NCBI GenBank assembly: GCA_018649885.1
Contig: JABIHA010000093.1
Coordinates: 1 to 37,382, forward strand
Length of the DNA: 37,382 nt
From: Bacteriovoracaceae bacterium
GTDB taxonomy: Bacteria; Bdellovibrionota; Bacteriovoracia; Bacteriovoracales; Bacteriovoracaceae
Direction of reading: 5' to 3'
Position 1 is the stretch's first letter, and each line of letters opens with the position of its first letter. Below the pieces are notes generated by a model. That model was not told the DNA's origin and ran no database searches. It saw only the letters and a list, made by a program, of their open reading frames with translations. This document shows positions 8,654-18,355 of this stretch, in pieces. The translations under genes were made by a program, and so were the position numbers.

Positions 8654-9601
8654 TTAGTAGAATACTTTTTTCTTGTAGTACTTGGGAGTTGTATTCCATT
8701 TTTGGTTGAATTTTTTGATATGAGCTATGACCGTCAGCATCTGCTCAGCCGTTAACCCCTGGTTGCGAAGTCCACTAGATCCTGGGCATTTCACTTTCCA
8801 GCTTTCATCGAAATAACTGACCTCAATCCCTTGGGAAGTGGCCATAATATTTGTTGAATCATTCTTTGTAGCATTGGGAAAACAAAGGGCCTTTAGTCCA
8901 AAGGCCTTTCCCAATTGTTGGGTGACTAAGTTTTGTGAAGGGTCCATGGCAGACCTGTAGTCAATTACAATTAGTGGTAGAAATTCTCCGTCTGGATTAC
9001 TGCTACCAAGATTGGTTTTAATTTTTTTCTCACCATTAGTGATCAAAATATTAATAGCATTCTTATTTTTGATTTGTTCATTTTCGCAACCATTAAAGGC
9101 ACTTTGCCATGATTTCGAGCTAAGTTTTTTTCTTTCATCTGCAATTTGGAGAAGTTCGCACTCAGAGCCTGAAATGCTCTCGAATTTGTTAAACGATTTC
9201 AGTCTAAAGTGGGCCAATCTCTGTCCCTTAGCACCTTTGAAGTCTTGGTTTAAAGTGGCAATAATTGATTTGTAACGGGCCAATTGCTTTTTACCAACGG
9301 GTACATTTTTTGAAATAACAGTTATATTAACATCAAAAATGAGGCAATATTCGAAGCAACCCTCTTTTAAAAATTGGCCTCTCCAATTATTTTTCTCAAA
9401 ATTATATCCCTTATCACCTATATAGCTGATAGTTCTACCAGTTTCAAAATTTTTAAATGGGTAACCAGGTGATGACCAAGTCATCATGAAGATAAAATAG
9501 AATGCGACAAGACTAAGCCTGGTCTTTATTAGTGCCTCTTTATTTACGGCCCAAATATAATGGACTTCATTCTTTTTATCGGAAATTAAATAAGAAAACA
9601 T
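8654..9601 (-). CDS. Secreted/anchored protein with degenerate metzincin-like motif
   Basis: Hydrophobic N-terminal segment. LNQDF, NAINILI, TQQLGKAFGLKAL and TNIMA parallel the metzincin HExGHxxGLxH plus Met-turn layout. Start uncertain. Confidence 0.6.
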   Translation of the reverse strand: MFSYLISDKKNEVHYIWAVNKEALIKTRLSLVAFYFIFMMTWSSPGYPFKNFETGRTISYIGDKGYNFEKNNWRGQFLKEGCFEYCLIFDVNITVISKNVPVGKKQLARYKSIIATLNQDFKGAKGQRLAHFRLKSFNKFESISGSECELLQIADERKKLSSKSWQSAFNGCENEQIKNKNAINILITNGEKKIKTNLGSSNPDGEFLPLIVIDYRSAMDPSQNLVTQQLGKAFGLKALCFPNATKNDSTNIMATSQGIEVSYFDESWKVKCPGSSGLRNQGLTAEQMLTVIAHIKKFNQKWNTTPKYYKKKVFY

Positions 9602-9636
9602 AAATAAGTTTTATTACTTGAGTCAACAACTAGAGT

Positions 9637-12345
9637 TTAGTGGAAGGCAAATGACTCTTCAAACCCAGTGAGTTGTTTTTTTAGATAGTGAAGCTTTTGT
9701 AATGCCTCTATAGGAGTCATATTGAGCACATCCATCTCTTTTATTGTATCTTCGAGCTCAAGTAAATAAGCTGGAACAATAACCTTAGGTTGTGAAACTT
9801 CTTGCTCTAAAAATGAGAGTTGGATTCCTTCAGGTGACAGCTCTTCTCTATAAACTGTTTGAGATCCATCACTTCGGCCGTGGGCCTTTTCCATTTGGGA
9901 GAGAATTTCACTTGATCTGAGCAAAACGTCATTTGGGATACCCGCAAGCTTTGCAACGTAAATACCAAAACTTTGATCGGTACTCTTTTCTACAAGCCTG
10001 TATAAAAATTCAACATCACCGTTTTGCTCTAGAGTTTCAACGGTTAAGTTTTTGGCACTTTCTAAGTTTTCTACAAGCTCAATGAGTTCATGATAGTGAG
10101 TAGAAAATAGTGTCAAGGCCTTGGTCTTTCTAACGAAGCATTCCACAAGGCTCCAAGCAATAGAAAGTCCATCGTAGGTTGAGGTCCCTCTTCCCACTTC
10201 ATCCAGAACAATTAGTGAGCGAGAAGTTGCATGTCTTAGAATTTCAGCAGTTTCTGCCATCTCAACCATGAACGTACTTTGTCCCTCTAGGATATTATCA
10301 CTTGCTCCCAATCGACTATAAAGGGCGTCACATATACCAAGCTCGGCTGAGTCAGCTGGAACATAACTTCCAATCTGGGCCAAAAATTGGATGATAGACA
10401 TCTCTCTCATAACAGTTGTCTTACCCGCCATATTGGGACCAGTGATCAGTCCGAAATGGCAATCAGAGCTAAGATTTAGGTCATGACAAATAAAACCGTC
10501 TCTAAGACCTGCTTTAATGATAGGGTGAAAGCCACCTTTAACTTTTTGAATTTGCTTATTGGGGTAAATTTTTGGCCTGGTGAAATCTTCTTGAAGAGCA
10601 ACGTGAGTTAGAGATTGGAAAATATCTAACAAGGCCAAAAGTTTTGAGAGTGATAAAATAGCTTCTCGATTCTCTTTTACGCTACCGACAATATCACTAA
10701 AAATAGATCGTTCTAATTTTTCAAGTTTCTCTTCAGCCGCAATGACTTCTTTTTCAAACTCAAGTAACTCTTTGGTTATATACCTTTCTGAGTTGACCAG
10801 GGTTTGCCTTCGATCAAAGGAATTAGGGATTTTGCTTGTCTGAGTTTTAGAAACTTCAATGAAATAACCATTAACACCATTGTGCTTTATTTTGAGCTTG
10901 GATATACCGGTTTTTTTTCTATATTTTTCTTCAAGGTTGAGAATTTCACTGGAACAATTCTGGGAAAGCCTTGCTAGGCGGTCTCTTTTTTTATTGGCCC
11001 CTTTTCTTATAAGGTTGCCTTTTTCAAGAGCTGCGCCTATTTCATCATTTATTGTCTCATCGATTGTAGCTGAAAGTTTTAATAGTCCCGATTTATGAGG
11101 CTTGGTGAGTTCTAATTCTAAATTTTCAAGGCTGAGCTTTTTTAGGGAGCTAATCTTTTTGTCAATTGCAGTATAGCTGGAAACAGATTTTGAAAGATTG
11201 ATTAAATCGCTGGCAGTCACTTTTTTGGTACTGACTTTTGCCATTATCCTTTCTAGGTCTCTCACATTTGAAAGCTCATCTCGCAGGTAATCTTGTAAGG
11301 CTTCGTTGGTAGAAAGAAATTCAACAACACTTTGTCTGCTTGTGATCTCTTTAATATCTCTAAGAGGTGAAGTGAATAATTTAGATAACTCTCTCGATCC
11401 CATAGCGGACCGAGTTTTATCCACAAAACCAAGCAACGAATTTTTATATTCGAGTCTCGACTTTGGATAGATTTCAAGCCCAATTAGTGTTTGCATAGTC
11501 ACTTTCATTTTTTTCTTTGACCCTTCCATTCTAAAGGGTCGCAAGTGTACTAATTCCTCGAGAGGTTGAGTTGAGCAAACATAATATGAGATGGCCGACA
11601 TTGGGCAAAGGATCTCTTTGTGTGATTTTATAGTGTGGTCAAATTTATAAGTGGGAATAAATTTTTCAATATAAATTCCACCTTCTTTGACATTGAAGTA
11701 CTCAATGCTCAAATGAGTTACCAAAATTTGATCATTCTTTTCAATATGCTCAGATATGAGCTTATGTTCATCCCACTGACCTAGAAAAGTAATAAACTCT
11801 TTTGGCCTTGATAATTTTATATATTCTAAGAATTGAGTCTGGGTTTCAAATTTATGACCTACAAAATCACCCGTGGTGAAATCGAGAAGAATCAAATAAA
11901 AGTGACCGCGGTGGTGGTGACCACAAGCAATGTATCTGTGTTCTCTTTGTTCAGCCTTTTCTAAGTCAAATGGCATTCCCGGAGAGACTACTTGAGTGAC
12001 AGCTCTTTTTACTATCCCTTTAGCTTCTTTGGGATTTTCTACTTGCTCGCAAATGGCAACTTTTAGTCCTATGGCCGTTAGTCGATCGATATATGTTGTG
12101 GCTGCATGGTGGGGAATTCCGGCCATGGGGATAGGATACCCCCCCAGTTTTCCTCTATTGGTCAGTGTGATATTTAACAACTTTGAAGCAGATCTTGCAT
12201 CTTCAAAGAAGACTTCATAAAAGTCTCCCATGCGAAAGAATACAATGATGTCCTTGTAATTTTTTTTAATCTCGTAGTACTGGCTCATCATTGGAGTCAG
12301 TTTTACACCAAGGTCTACGACTTCTTGTAAGCTAAGCTCATTCAT
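9637..12345 (-). CDS. mutS: DNA mismatch repair protein MutS
   Basis: TPMMSQY, FFRMGDFYE, ITGPNMAGKTT, STFMVEM, LDEVGRGTST and FSTHYHEL. Confidence 0.98.
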   Translation of the reverse strand: MNELSLQEVVDLGVKLTPMMSQYYEIKKNYKDIIVFFRMGDFYEVFFEDARSASKLLNITLTNRGKLGGYPIPMAGIPHHAATTYIDRLTAIGLKVAICEQVENPKEAKGIVKRAVTQVVSPGMPFDLEKAEQREHRYIACGHHHRGHFYLILLDFTTGDFVGHKFETQTQFLEYIKLSRPKEFITFLGQWDEHKLISEHIEKNDQILVTHLSIEYFNVKEGGIYIEKFIPTYKFDHTIKSHKEILCPMSAISYYVCSTQPLEELVHLRPFRMEGSKKKMKVTMQTLIGLEIYPKSRLEYKNSLLGFVDKTRSAMGSRELSKLFTSPLRDIKEITSRQSVVEFLSTNEALQDYLRDELSNVRDLERIMAKVSTKKVTASDLINLSKSVSSYTAIDKKISSLKKLSLENLELELTKPHKSGLLKLSATIDETINDEIGAALEKGNLIRKGANKKRDRLARLSQNCSSEILNLEEKYRKKTGISKLKIKHNGVNGYFIEVSKTQTSKIPNSFDRRQTLVNSERYITKELLEFEKEVIAAEEKLEKLERSIFSDIVGSVKENREAILSLSKLLALLDIFQSLTHVALQEDFTRPKIYPNKQIQKVKGGFHPIIKAGLRDGFICHDLNLSSDCHFGLITGPNMAGKTTVMREMSIIQFLAQIGSYVPADSAELGICDALYSRLGASDNILEGQSTFMVEMAETAEILRHATSRSLIVLDEVGRGTSTYDGLSIAWSLVECFVRKTKALTLFSTHYHELIELVENLESAKNLTVETLEQNGDVEFLYRLVEKSTDQSFGIYVAKLAGIPNDVLLRSSEILSQMEKAHGRSDGSQTVYREELSPEGIQLSFLEQEVSQPKVIVPAYLLELEDTIKEMDVLNMTPIEALQKLHYLKKQLTGFEESFAFH

Positions 12346-12537
12346 ATACAGGTTTCCTTATAAAACCTTACCCTATTTGTGGGGTATTTTTTCAATGCGC
12401 AAAGCTAACATAGGGAAATGAAAGAGTCATTACTTTCAATGTTATCTAACTGGCCCTTTATTCACATTGCAAAAAAACTTATAAGCCTTATGTCTTTGGT
12501 TTATAATGAATTGGTCTTAAGTACTTGCGGAGAAGCT

Positions 12538-13533
12538 TTGAATTTAATCAATAAACAAAATATCTTAATCTCCAGTTTTTTTCTTAGCTGTTTAGCGTTG
12601 ATGGCCCTGTCCATTAGGTTGGAAAACTTGGTCTCAAATACAGATGATTTAAAAAGTGCAAAAAATGAAAGAAGAAAAGTTCCTTCAATTTTCCACAACG
12701 TGCACTACTACCTCTTATCAGACGGTCAAAACCAGTTGCTTCTTGTAGGCGATAAACTTATGCACTTTGAAGGTACGGGCGAGGTTAACGTAGAGAAGCC
12801 CAGAGGGAAGATTTTCCCACCTGAAAACGCTGCAGTTAGCTACTCAGGCGACTCTGGAAAATTCAATTCCGCAGAGCAGGTAATTAATCTCTATGGAGAT
12901 GTGCATCTAAAAACTGAGCTTGAAGATGTTCAGTCGAGCAGGGGTACATTTTTTGCTAAGCAAAATAAATTTATTGTTGAAGGGGAAGTGAAAACCAAGA
13001 AAATATCTCCAAAAACAGGGGATTTAATCTTTATAGATGCTGATAAGGCCCAAGGTTATAGCACTAAAAAAATTGGTAAATATACGGGAAATGTTAAAGG
13101 AAAAATAGTGAGGGCCAAGCCTTACGAGCCGCCAGTTTATTTTTCCTCGCATTCGCTCAATGTGGATATGGTCCAAAACGTTATTTATTTAGAAGGTAAT
13201 GTGAACCTAATAAAACAGCAATTTTCAGGAGTTGGCATGAAGGCCGAAATATTCCTTGAAAACTATAACAAAAAGCTCAAGTACTATGTGCTTTATGACG
13301 ATGTGAGATTGACGGAGAAGGTGACCTTGAAGAACGGTCGCCAGATAAACAGAATAGCTTACGCTGAAAAACTTGAAGGTTATGTAAGAGAAAAAAGAGT
13401 TCTACTTACAGGAAATCCGAGAGTTATACAGGAAAAAGATGTTATTCGTGGTAATGTGATAACCCTTCTCGAAAACAGCGAAGTGATTGAGGTAAGTAAC
13501 TCAGACTCTAGCTTTATGATTAAAAAGGATTAG
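12538..13533 (+). CDS. LPS export protein, LptC-like N-terminal plus LptA/OstA-like C-terminal part
   Basis: TM anchor followed by a beta-jellyroll-like sequence (INLYGDV, IYLEGNV, VLLTGNPRV..IRGNVI), directly upstream of lptB. Start placed at TTG 12538 after GGAG; the ORF track starts at 12418. Confidence 0.75.
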   Translation: MNLINKQNILISSFFLSCLALMALSIRLENLVSNTDDLKSAKNERRKVPSIFHNVHYYLLSDGQNQLLLVGDKLMHFEGTGEVNVEKPRGKIFPPENAAVSYSGDSGKFNSAEQVINLYGDVHLKTELEDVQSSRGTFFAKQNKFIVEGEVKTKKISPKTGDLIFIDADKAQGYSTKKIGKYTGNVKGKIVRAKPYEPPVYFSSHSLNVDMVQNVIYLEGNVNLIKQQFSGVGMKAEIFLENYNKKLKYYVLYDDVRLTEKVTLKNGRQINRIAYAEKLEGYVREKRVLLTGNPRVIQEKDVIRGNVITLLENSEVIEVSNSDSSFMIKKD

Positions 13534-13536
13534 TTT

Positions 13537-14271
13537 TTGGAGTACTCGCAGACAACATTAAAGGCTACTGGACTGGTGAAATCTTTCGCAGGAAGAAAGG
13601 TTGTAAGTGATGTGAGTCTTGAGGTGAGCAGAGGTGAAGTTGTGGGGCTTCTTGGTCCAAACGGTGCCGGTAAAACAACTTCTTTTTATATGATTGTAGG
13701 ATTAATTAAAGCAGATATGGGAAAGATAGAACTTGTTGGTGAAGACATCACAAGCCTTCCGATTCACGCTAGAGCGCTTAAGGGAGTGGGCTATCTTCCG
13801 CAAGAGGCATCGATATTTAGAGACCTAAGTGTTGAGTCTAATATCTATGCAGTTTTAGAGTGCAGACATATGAAAAAATCAAAGAGAAAAGTACTCCTTG
13901 ATGGTCTCATTAATGATTTTGGGTTGGGACATATTAGAAAATCTAAAGGTGGAGATCTTTCAGGTGGTGAGAGAAGAAGAGTCGAAATTGCTAGAACTCT
14001 TGCACTTGAACCTGGCTTTGTACTTTTAGATGAACCGTTTGCAGGCGTTGATCCTCTTGCGGTTTCAGATATACAAAAAATTATTTCAGGACTTAAACAA
14101 AGAAATATTGGTGTTTTAATTACTGATCACAATGTGAGAGAGACTCTTGGAATTGTTGATCGGGCCTACATTATGAATTCGGGAGAGCTGCTTGTAAGTG
14201 GAAATCCAAGTGACATCATTAATGATGAAAGGGCCAAGAAATTTTATTTAGGAGAAGAATTTCAGATGTAG
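13537..14271 (+). CDS. lptB: LPS export ABC transporter ATP-binding protein
   Basis: GLLGPNGAGKTTSFYMIVG, LSGGERRRVEIAR, LLDEPFAGVDP and ITDHNVRETL. Confidence 0.97.
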   Translation: MEYSQTTLKATGLVKSFAGRKVVSDVSLEVSRGEVVGLLGPNGAGKTTSFYMIVGLIKADMGKIELVGEDITSLPIHARALKGVGYLPQEASIFRDLSVESNIYAVLECRHMKKSKRKVLLDGLINDFGLGHIRKSKGGDLSGGERRRVEIARTLALEPGFVLLDEPFAGVDPLAVSDIQKIISGLKQRNIGVLITDHNVRETLGIVDRAYIMNSGELLVSGNPSDIINDERAKKFYLGEEFQM

Positions 14272-14340
14272 TACAGCTTATGAATGAGCTGACTTATTGG
14301 TCATGGAAGGTTTGTTTCACTAGTTAAAGGGAGCGCTCTT

Positions 14341-15804
14341 ATGGCGATTAAGCTGAGCCAAGGTCTTAAGCAATTACAGAGTCTGACTATGACTCCACAG
14401 TTGCAGCAGGCAATTAAGCTTTTGACTTTAACCCATCTTGAAATGACTCAAGTTATCGCAGAAGAGATGACTGAGAATCCAATGCTAGAAGAAGCTAATA
14501 GTGAAATATCAAGAGATGAATTTTCAGACCAAAGCCAAGACAATTCAAATAAAGAAGCTAAATCAGAAAACTTTGATGCCCCAGATGTAATATCTGGAAA
14601 AGAAGATATTGATTGGAATAAATATATAGAAAATTTTAATTCAACTTCTTCTTCACCGCCTTCAATGGCCAAAAGAGATTCAGAAGATACTCCTAACTAT
14701 GAGAATATGGTCTCAAAGGGAATGAATCTTGCTGAGCATTTAGAGTGGCAGCTTAGGATGGAAAACCTTACAGAAGCCGAGTGGCAAGTTGCCTATAATA
14801 TAATTCACAATATTGATGATGATGGCTACCTTGAGGTTTCAATTGATGAAGTTATTGAGCTAACTGGTCATGATAGAGAAGACTCTCTTGAGCTTCTTAA
14901 TATGATTCAGCAACTTGATCCTGTGGGCTGTGGTTCGCGTGGCTTAGTTGAATGTCTTCTGATTCAGGCCAAAAATTTAGATGAGAGGATGCCACTTGTT
15001 GAACTTCTCATTACTGATCATTTACAAGATTTAAAAAATAAAGATCACGATAAAATTGCAAAAAAATTGGGACTAGATCTTTCACAAGTTAAAGATGCCG
15101 AACTCATCATGATGGAGTTTAATCCCAAGCCTGGTAGGCTCATTTCTCCAGAGGAAACCCATTATATTATTCCCGATATTTTTGTCAGATTTGTAGGCAA
15201 TGAATTATCAGTAGATGTTAATGATGACGGTGTACCCAATCTTCAAATATCAAATCTTTATAAAAGCTTACTTTCTAAAGGTAAGGCTGCAGCTGAGGGA
15301 GACAAAGAGGCCTCAGAGTATGTTCAAGACAAGCTAAGAGCGGCAATGTGGTTGATTAAATCTATTCACAATAGACAAAAAACAATTCTCAAAGTGGCCA
15401 AGGCGATAGTTAAATATCAGCCTGAGTTTTTTAGAAAGGGCCCATCAGTATTAAAGCCAATGATATTAAAAGATATTGCTTATGAAATCGGTATGCACGA
15501 GTCTACGGTTTCTAGGGTTACAACAAATAAGTATATGCACACACCAATCGGGACCTTTGAGCTCAAGTACTTTTTTAACGCGGGCATCGGCGGCGCAAAT
15601 GGTGGTGTGGATATTGCTGCAGAGTCACTAAAGCTTAAAATCAAACAATATGTGGATAATGAAAACTCTGGAAAGCCATTATCTGACCAAAAGATTGCAG
15701 ATTTGTTAAAAAGAGAAGATATTGTTGTGGCAAGAAGAACTATTGCCAAATATAGGGAAATCTTGGGTATACTACCTTCTTCTAAAAGAAAGAAGAAAGC
15801 TTAG
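14341..15804 (+). CDS. rpoN: RNA polymerase sigma-54 factor
   Basis: MTPQLQQAIKLL, HESTVSRVTTNKY, PLSDQKI and the RpoN box ARRTIAKYR. Confidence 0.98.
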   Translation: MAIKLSQGLKQLQSLTMTPQLQQAIKLLTLTHLEMTQVIAEEMTENPMLEEANSEISRDEFSDQSQDNSNKEAKSENFDAPDVISGKEDIDWNKYIENFNSTSSSPPSMAKRDSEDTPNYENMVSKGMNLAEHLEWQLRMENLTEAEWQVAYNIIHNIDDDGYLEVSIDEVIELTGHDREDSLELLNMIQQLDPVGCGSRGLVECLLIQAKNLDERMPLVELLITDHLQDLKNKDHDKIAKKLGLDLSQVKDAELIMMEFNPKPGRLISPEETHYIIPDIFVRFVGNELSVDVNDDGVPNLQISNLYKSLLSKGKAAAEGDKEASEYVQDKLRAAMWLIKSIHNRQKTILKVAKAIVKYQPEFFRKGPSVLKPMILKDIAYEIGMHESTVSRVTTNKYMHTPIGTFELKYFFNAGIGGANGGVDIAAESLKLKIKQYVDNENSGKPLSDQKIADLLKREDIVVARRTIAKYREILGILPSSKRKKKA

Positions 15805-15837
15805 TAGTAATTACTTAAAAGCATTGGGAGAGTTGAA

Positions 15838-16218
15838 ATGGAAATCAAAATATCTTTTAAGCACTTAGAACATACAGAAGCACTCGATGAAAGAATCAAA
15901 GAAAAAACACAGAAATTAGAAAAATGGTTTGAAGGGATGACCTCATCTCATTGGACTTGTTCAGTGGAAAAAGGTGATCATATTGCGGAAGTAAAGATTG
16001 TAGGACCGCACTTTGATTATCACGCAAGCGCAAAGTCTGACTCATTATATAAGTGTTTAGACCTAGCTGTAGCGAAACTTGAAAAGCAGTTGGGAAAGAA
16101 AAAAGACAAATGGAAAAATCATATCCATCATAAGCACGAAGAAAAAACTGAGTTCGTAGATAGTCCAGAAGTTCTTTTTGATGAGCATGACGAAGACAAG
16201 TTCGACGACGTTCAATAA
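15838..16218 (+). CDS. hpf: Ribosome hibernation promoting factor (HPF/RaiA family)
   Basis: Follows rpoN; MEIKISFKHLEHTEAL...SLYKCLDLAVAKLEKQL. Confidence 0.9.
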   Translation: MEIKISFKHLEHTEALDERIKEKTQKLEKWFEGMTSSHWTCSVEKGDHIAEVKIVGPHFDYHASAKSDSLYKCLDLAVAKLEKQLGKKKDKWKNHIHHKHEEKTEFVDSPEVLFDEHDEDKFDDVQ

Positions 16219-16335
16219 ACCTTTTGCGGTAAAACATGCTAGCAGCATGTTTTAGTGCTATGAGGTATGTGACTGAAGGCGACTAACCAGTCGCCTGAGA
16301 ATCAAGCACAAAAACTCAATTACTAATAAAAATAT

Positions 16336-16362
16336 AACCGGGTGAGCATTCACCTGGTTTTT
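16336..16362 (+). terminator. Intrinsic terminator
   Basis: AACCGGGTGA-GCAT-TCACCTGGTT followed by T run. Confidence 0.75.
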
Positions 16363-16381
16363 ACTATTATGGACAACGGTA

Positions 16382-16864
16382 ATGGACTACACCATCAGAA
16401 AATCAAAGATTGAAGACAAAGAGGCCATTAACAAGGCGCATGTACTCTCTATCAGAGAAGTCTGTTCAAAAGATTATACTAGTGAGCAAATTGCCGGCTG
16501 GTCAGCTCTTGTGTACTCAGACGACATCTGGAAGAAAAATGTGGCCCATGATCATCACCTTGTGATTGTTGTAGATAATTCCATCCAAGGCTTTTGCCAC
16601 TCAAAACTACATCCCGAAAACCTAGGCGAAATCATGGGGCTCTACTTAACGCCCATGATGATAGGCATAGGCGCCGGCAGAAAAATATTTGGTGAGTCCC
16701 TAGAGTTTTTAATTCAGGGCGGGGCCAAAAAAATTCACATCGATGCTACTAGAACTGCAAAGGGATTTTATCAAAAAATGGGCTTCAGCATTTCAGGTGT
16801 TGAGCAGTTACATGAAACAAGAGGAATTGCTTTTGAATATATCCCGATGGATATGTTGGTATAG
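16382..16864 (+). CDS. GNAT family N-acetyltransferase
   Basis: LYLTP..IGIGAGRKI (motif A) and TAKGFYQKMGF (motif B). Confidence 0.9.
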   Translation: MDYTIRKSKIEDKEAINKAHVLSIREVCSKDYTSEQIAGWSALVYSDDIWKKNVAHDHHLVIVVDNSIQGFCHSKLHPENLGEIMGLYLTPMMIGIGAGRKIFGESLEFLIQGGAKKIHIDATRTAKGFYQKMGFSISGVEQLHETRGIAFEYIPMDMLV

Positions 16865-16876
16865 TGGGGAAGTGCT

Positions 16877-17314
16877 ATGAGCATAGAGTACAAAGAAGGT
16901 TTTGAAGATTCTTATTTTGAGAGCATTTTAGACTTGTACACCGAGCTTGGCTGGACAAATTATACATCTGAACCTCATGATTTAAAAAAGGCGTTGGAAA
17001 ACTCCACTTATATTGTTCTGGCCTTTTCTTCTGACAAACTTGTAGGTCTTGCCAGAAGTATCTCTGATGAGATCTCAATTCATTATCTACAAGACATTCT
17101 TGTTTCTCCAAAATTTCAAAAAAAAGGAATTGGAAGAGGCTTAATGGACTTGGTTTTGGCCAGGTTTTCTAATGTCAGAACTCATATGATTTTAACTGAT
17201 AATGAACTGAGGCAAAGAAAGTTTTATGAGTCTCTTGGCTATAAGAACCTATCAGACCTAAAAAAAATCCCATTAAATTCATACGTCAAAATGAATGGAG
17301 TTGAACTTAGCTAG
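16877..17314 (+). CDS. GNAT family N-acetyltransferase
   Basis: LVGLARSISD, DILVSPKFQKKGIGRGLM and FYESLGY. Confidence 0.92.
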   Translation: MSIEYKEGFEDSYFESILDLYTELGWTNYTSEPHDLKKALENSTYIVLAFSSDKLVGLARSISDEISIHYLQDILVSPKFQKKGIGRGLMDLVLARFSNVRTHMILTDNELRQRKFYESLGYKNLSDLKKIPLNSYVKMNGVELS

Positions 17315-17337
17315 GTCTTTGACTACTGCACTCAATT

Positions 17338-18057
17338 CTAAATCAATTTCCCTGCACACTTTGGATAGTGACCCATCTGAATATACCTCTTCGCTGGATA
17401 CTCTGGATCTCTTTTAATGGCAAGGCCAAGGCTTTGATACAATTGTTTATAGGTAATTTGGTCTCTACCAATAAGCTTCGAATTGAATTTAATCCCTTCA
17501 ACATAGTTTTTAAACCATGAAGGACTTGCATTCCAAAAATCAAGTTCATTTTTAAATGCTTTACTTTCATCTAGTAGAACTACGTGCTCATACTTATTAA
17601 TACACGACTTAACCATCTCTTTTCTGTGAGGAATGGCATCCTTTAAATCTTTTGAATTAGAAAAATGAGTAATTTCGTGGCTAATGGTTATAAGTAGATC
17701 AGTAATAGGGTAGGCCAGTGAGATTTCAAGTTCAGGTTTTGGGCCTTCTTTTGTGAGGTTCACAAAAAACTCACCTTCTTTTGTTTTATTCTTTGTCAGT
17801 TTAATTGTTAGACCGTGTGGGAACCACTGCTTTGATCCTTCAACAAAAAGATCATTGGAGTTTGCCCAAAGTCTTCCCTTTGTCTGTAAAGCGTCTTTAA
17901 TATTTTTCTTACACTTTTCTTCTGAGAGATTTTTGTAACAATTAATATACATATCAATAAACCACTTAGGGGTTTTTGCTGTGTTTGTTTTACTCGTTGC
18001 ACTTCTGCCTGAAGCTGCCATTAAAATGAGGGCCATAACTAAAACAACTTTTTTCAT
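17338..18057 (-). CDS. Secreted hypothetical protein with HExxH zinc-metallopeptidase motif
   Basis: Signal peptide MKKVVLVMALILMAA; TISHEITHF; downstream DESKAFKNE is a possible third-ligand helix. Confidence 0.65.
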   Translation of the reverse strand: MKKVVLVMALILMAASGRSATSKTNTAKTPKWFIDMYINCYKNLSEEKCKKNIKDALQTKGRLWANSNDLFVEGSKQWFPHGLTIKLTKNKTKEGEFFVNLTKEGPKPELEISLAYPITDLLITISHEITHFSNSKDLKDAIPHRKEMVKSCINKYEHVVLLDESKAFKNELDFWNASPSWFKNYVEGIKFNSKLIGRDQITYKQLYQSLGLAIKRDPEYPAKRYIQMGHYPKCAGKLI

Positions 18058-18240
18058 GACTTAACCTTCCTGTGAGCGAAACCACTGTCGCCCTCAAATT
18101 TTACAAGATAGCGCAATTTGCCATAAGCCTCTTTGTAAACTCTATAGAGGGGTGTCAATATATTAGGCTCCTAAAATCAAAGGGTTATAGGGCATATACG
18201 TGATGTCATTGACTTATCTCTGCCCATTTTATAACACTGA

Positions 18241-18337
18241 ATTGTCGCTTAAAAATGTTAAGGGGGAATCCAGTGGAATTCTGGAACTGTCCCGCAACGG
18301 TAAGTAACTTAGTTACAAGTCCGAGCACCCTGACATT
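18241..18337 (+). promoter_or_regulatory. Cobalamin riboswitch
   Basis: AGGGGGAA-TCCAG-TGGAATT-CTGGA-ACTGTCCCGCAACGGTAA...AAGTCCGAGCACC contains the GGGAA, T-loop stem, CCCGCAACxGT and B12-box elements. It lies directly upstream of a TonB-dependent receptor. Boundaries approximate. Confidence 0.9.
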
Positions 18338-18355
18338 GTAGATTTCTCGAGGAAG

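Noticed and set aside
15896..16248. Minus-strand ORFs overlapping hpf
   Set aside because: Antisense to a clear gene, with no SD or domain.
16230..16362. Identification as SRP, 6S RNA or tRNA
   Set aside because: No SRP GGAA tetraloop/CAGG-AGCA motif, no cloverleaf, and too short with no clear central bubble for 6S; kept only as an unknown structured RNA.
18209..18237. Sigma70 promoter TTGACT...TATAAC for the riboswitch
   Set aside because: Spacing is 15 bp to the best -10; plausible but not supportable as a call.
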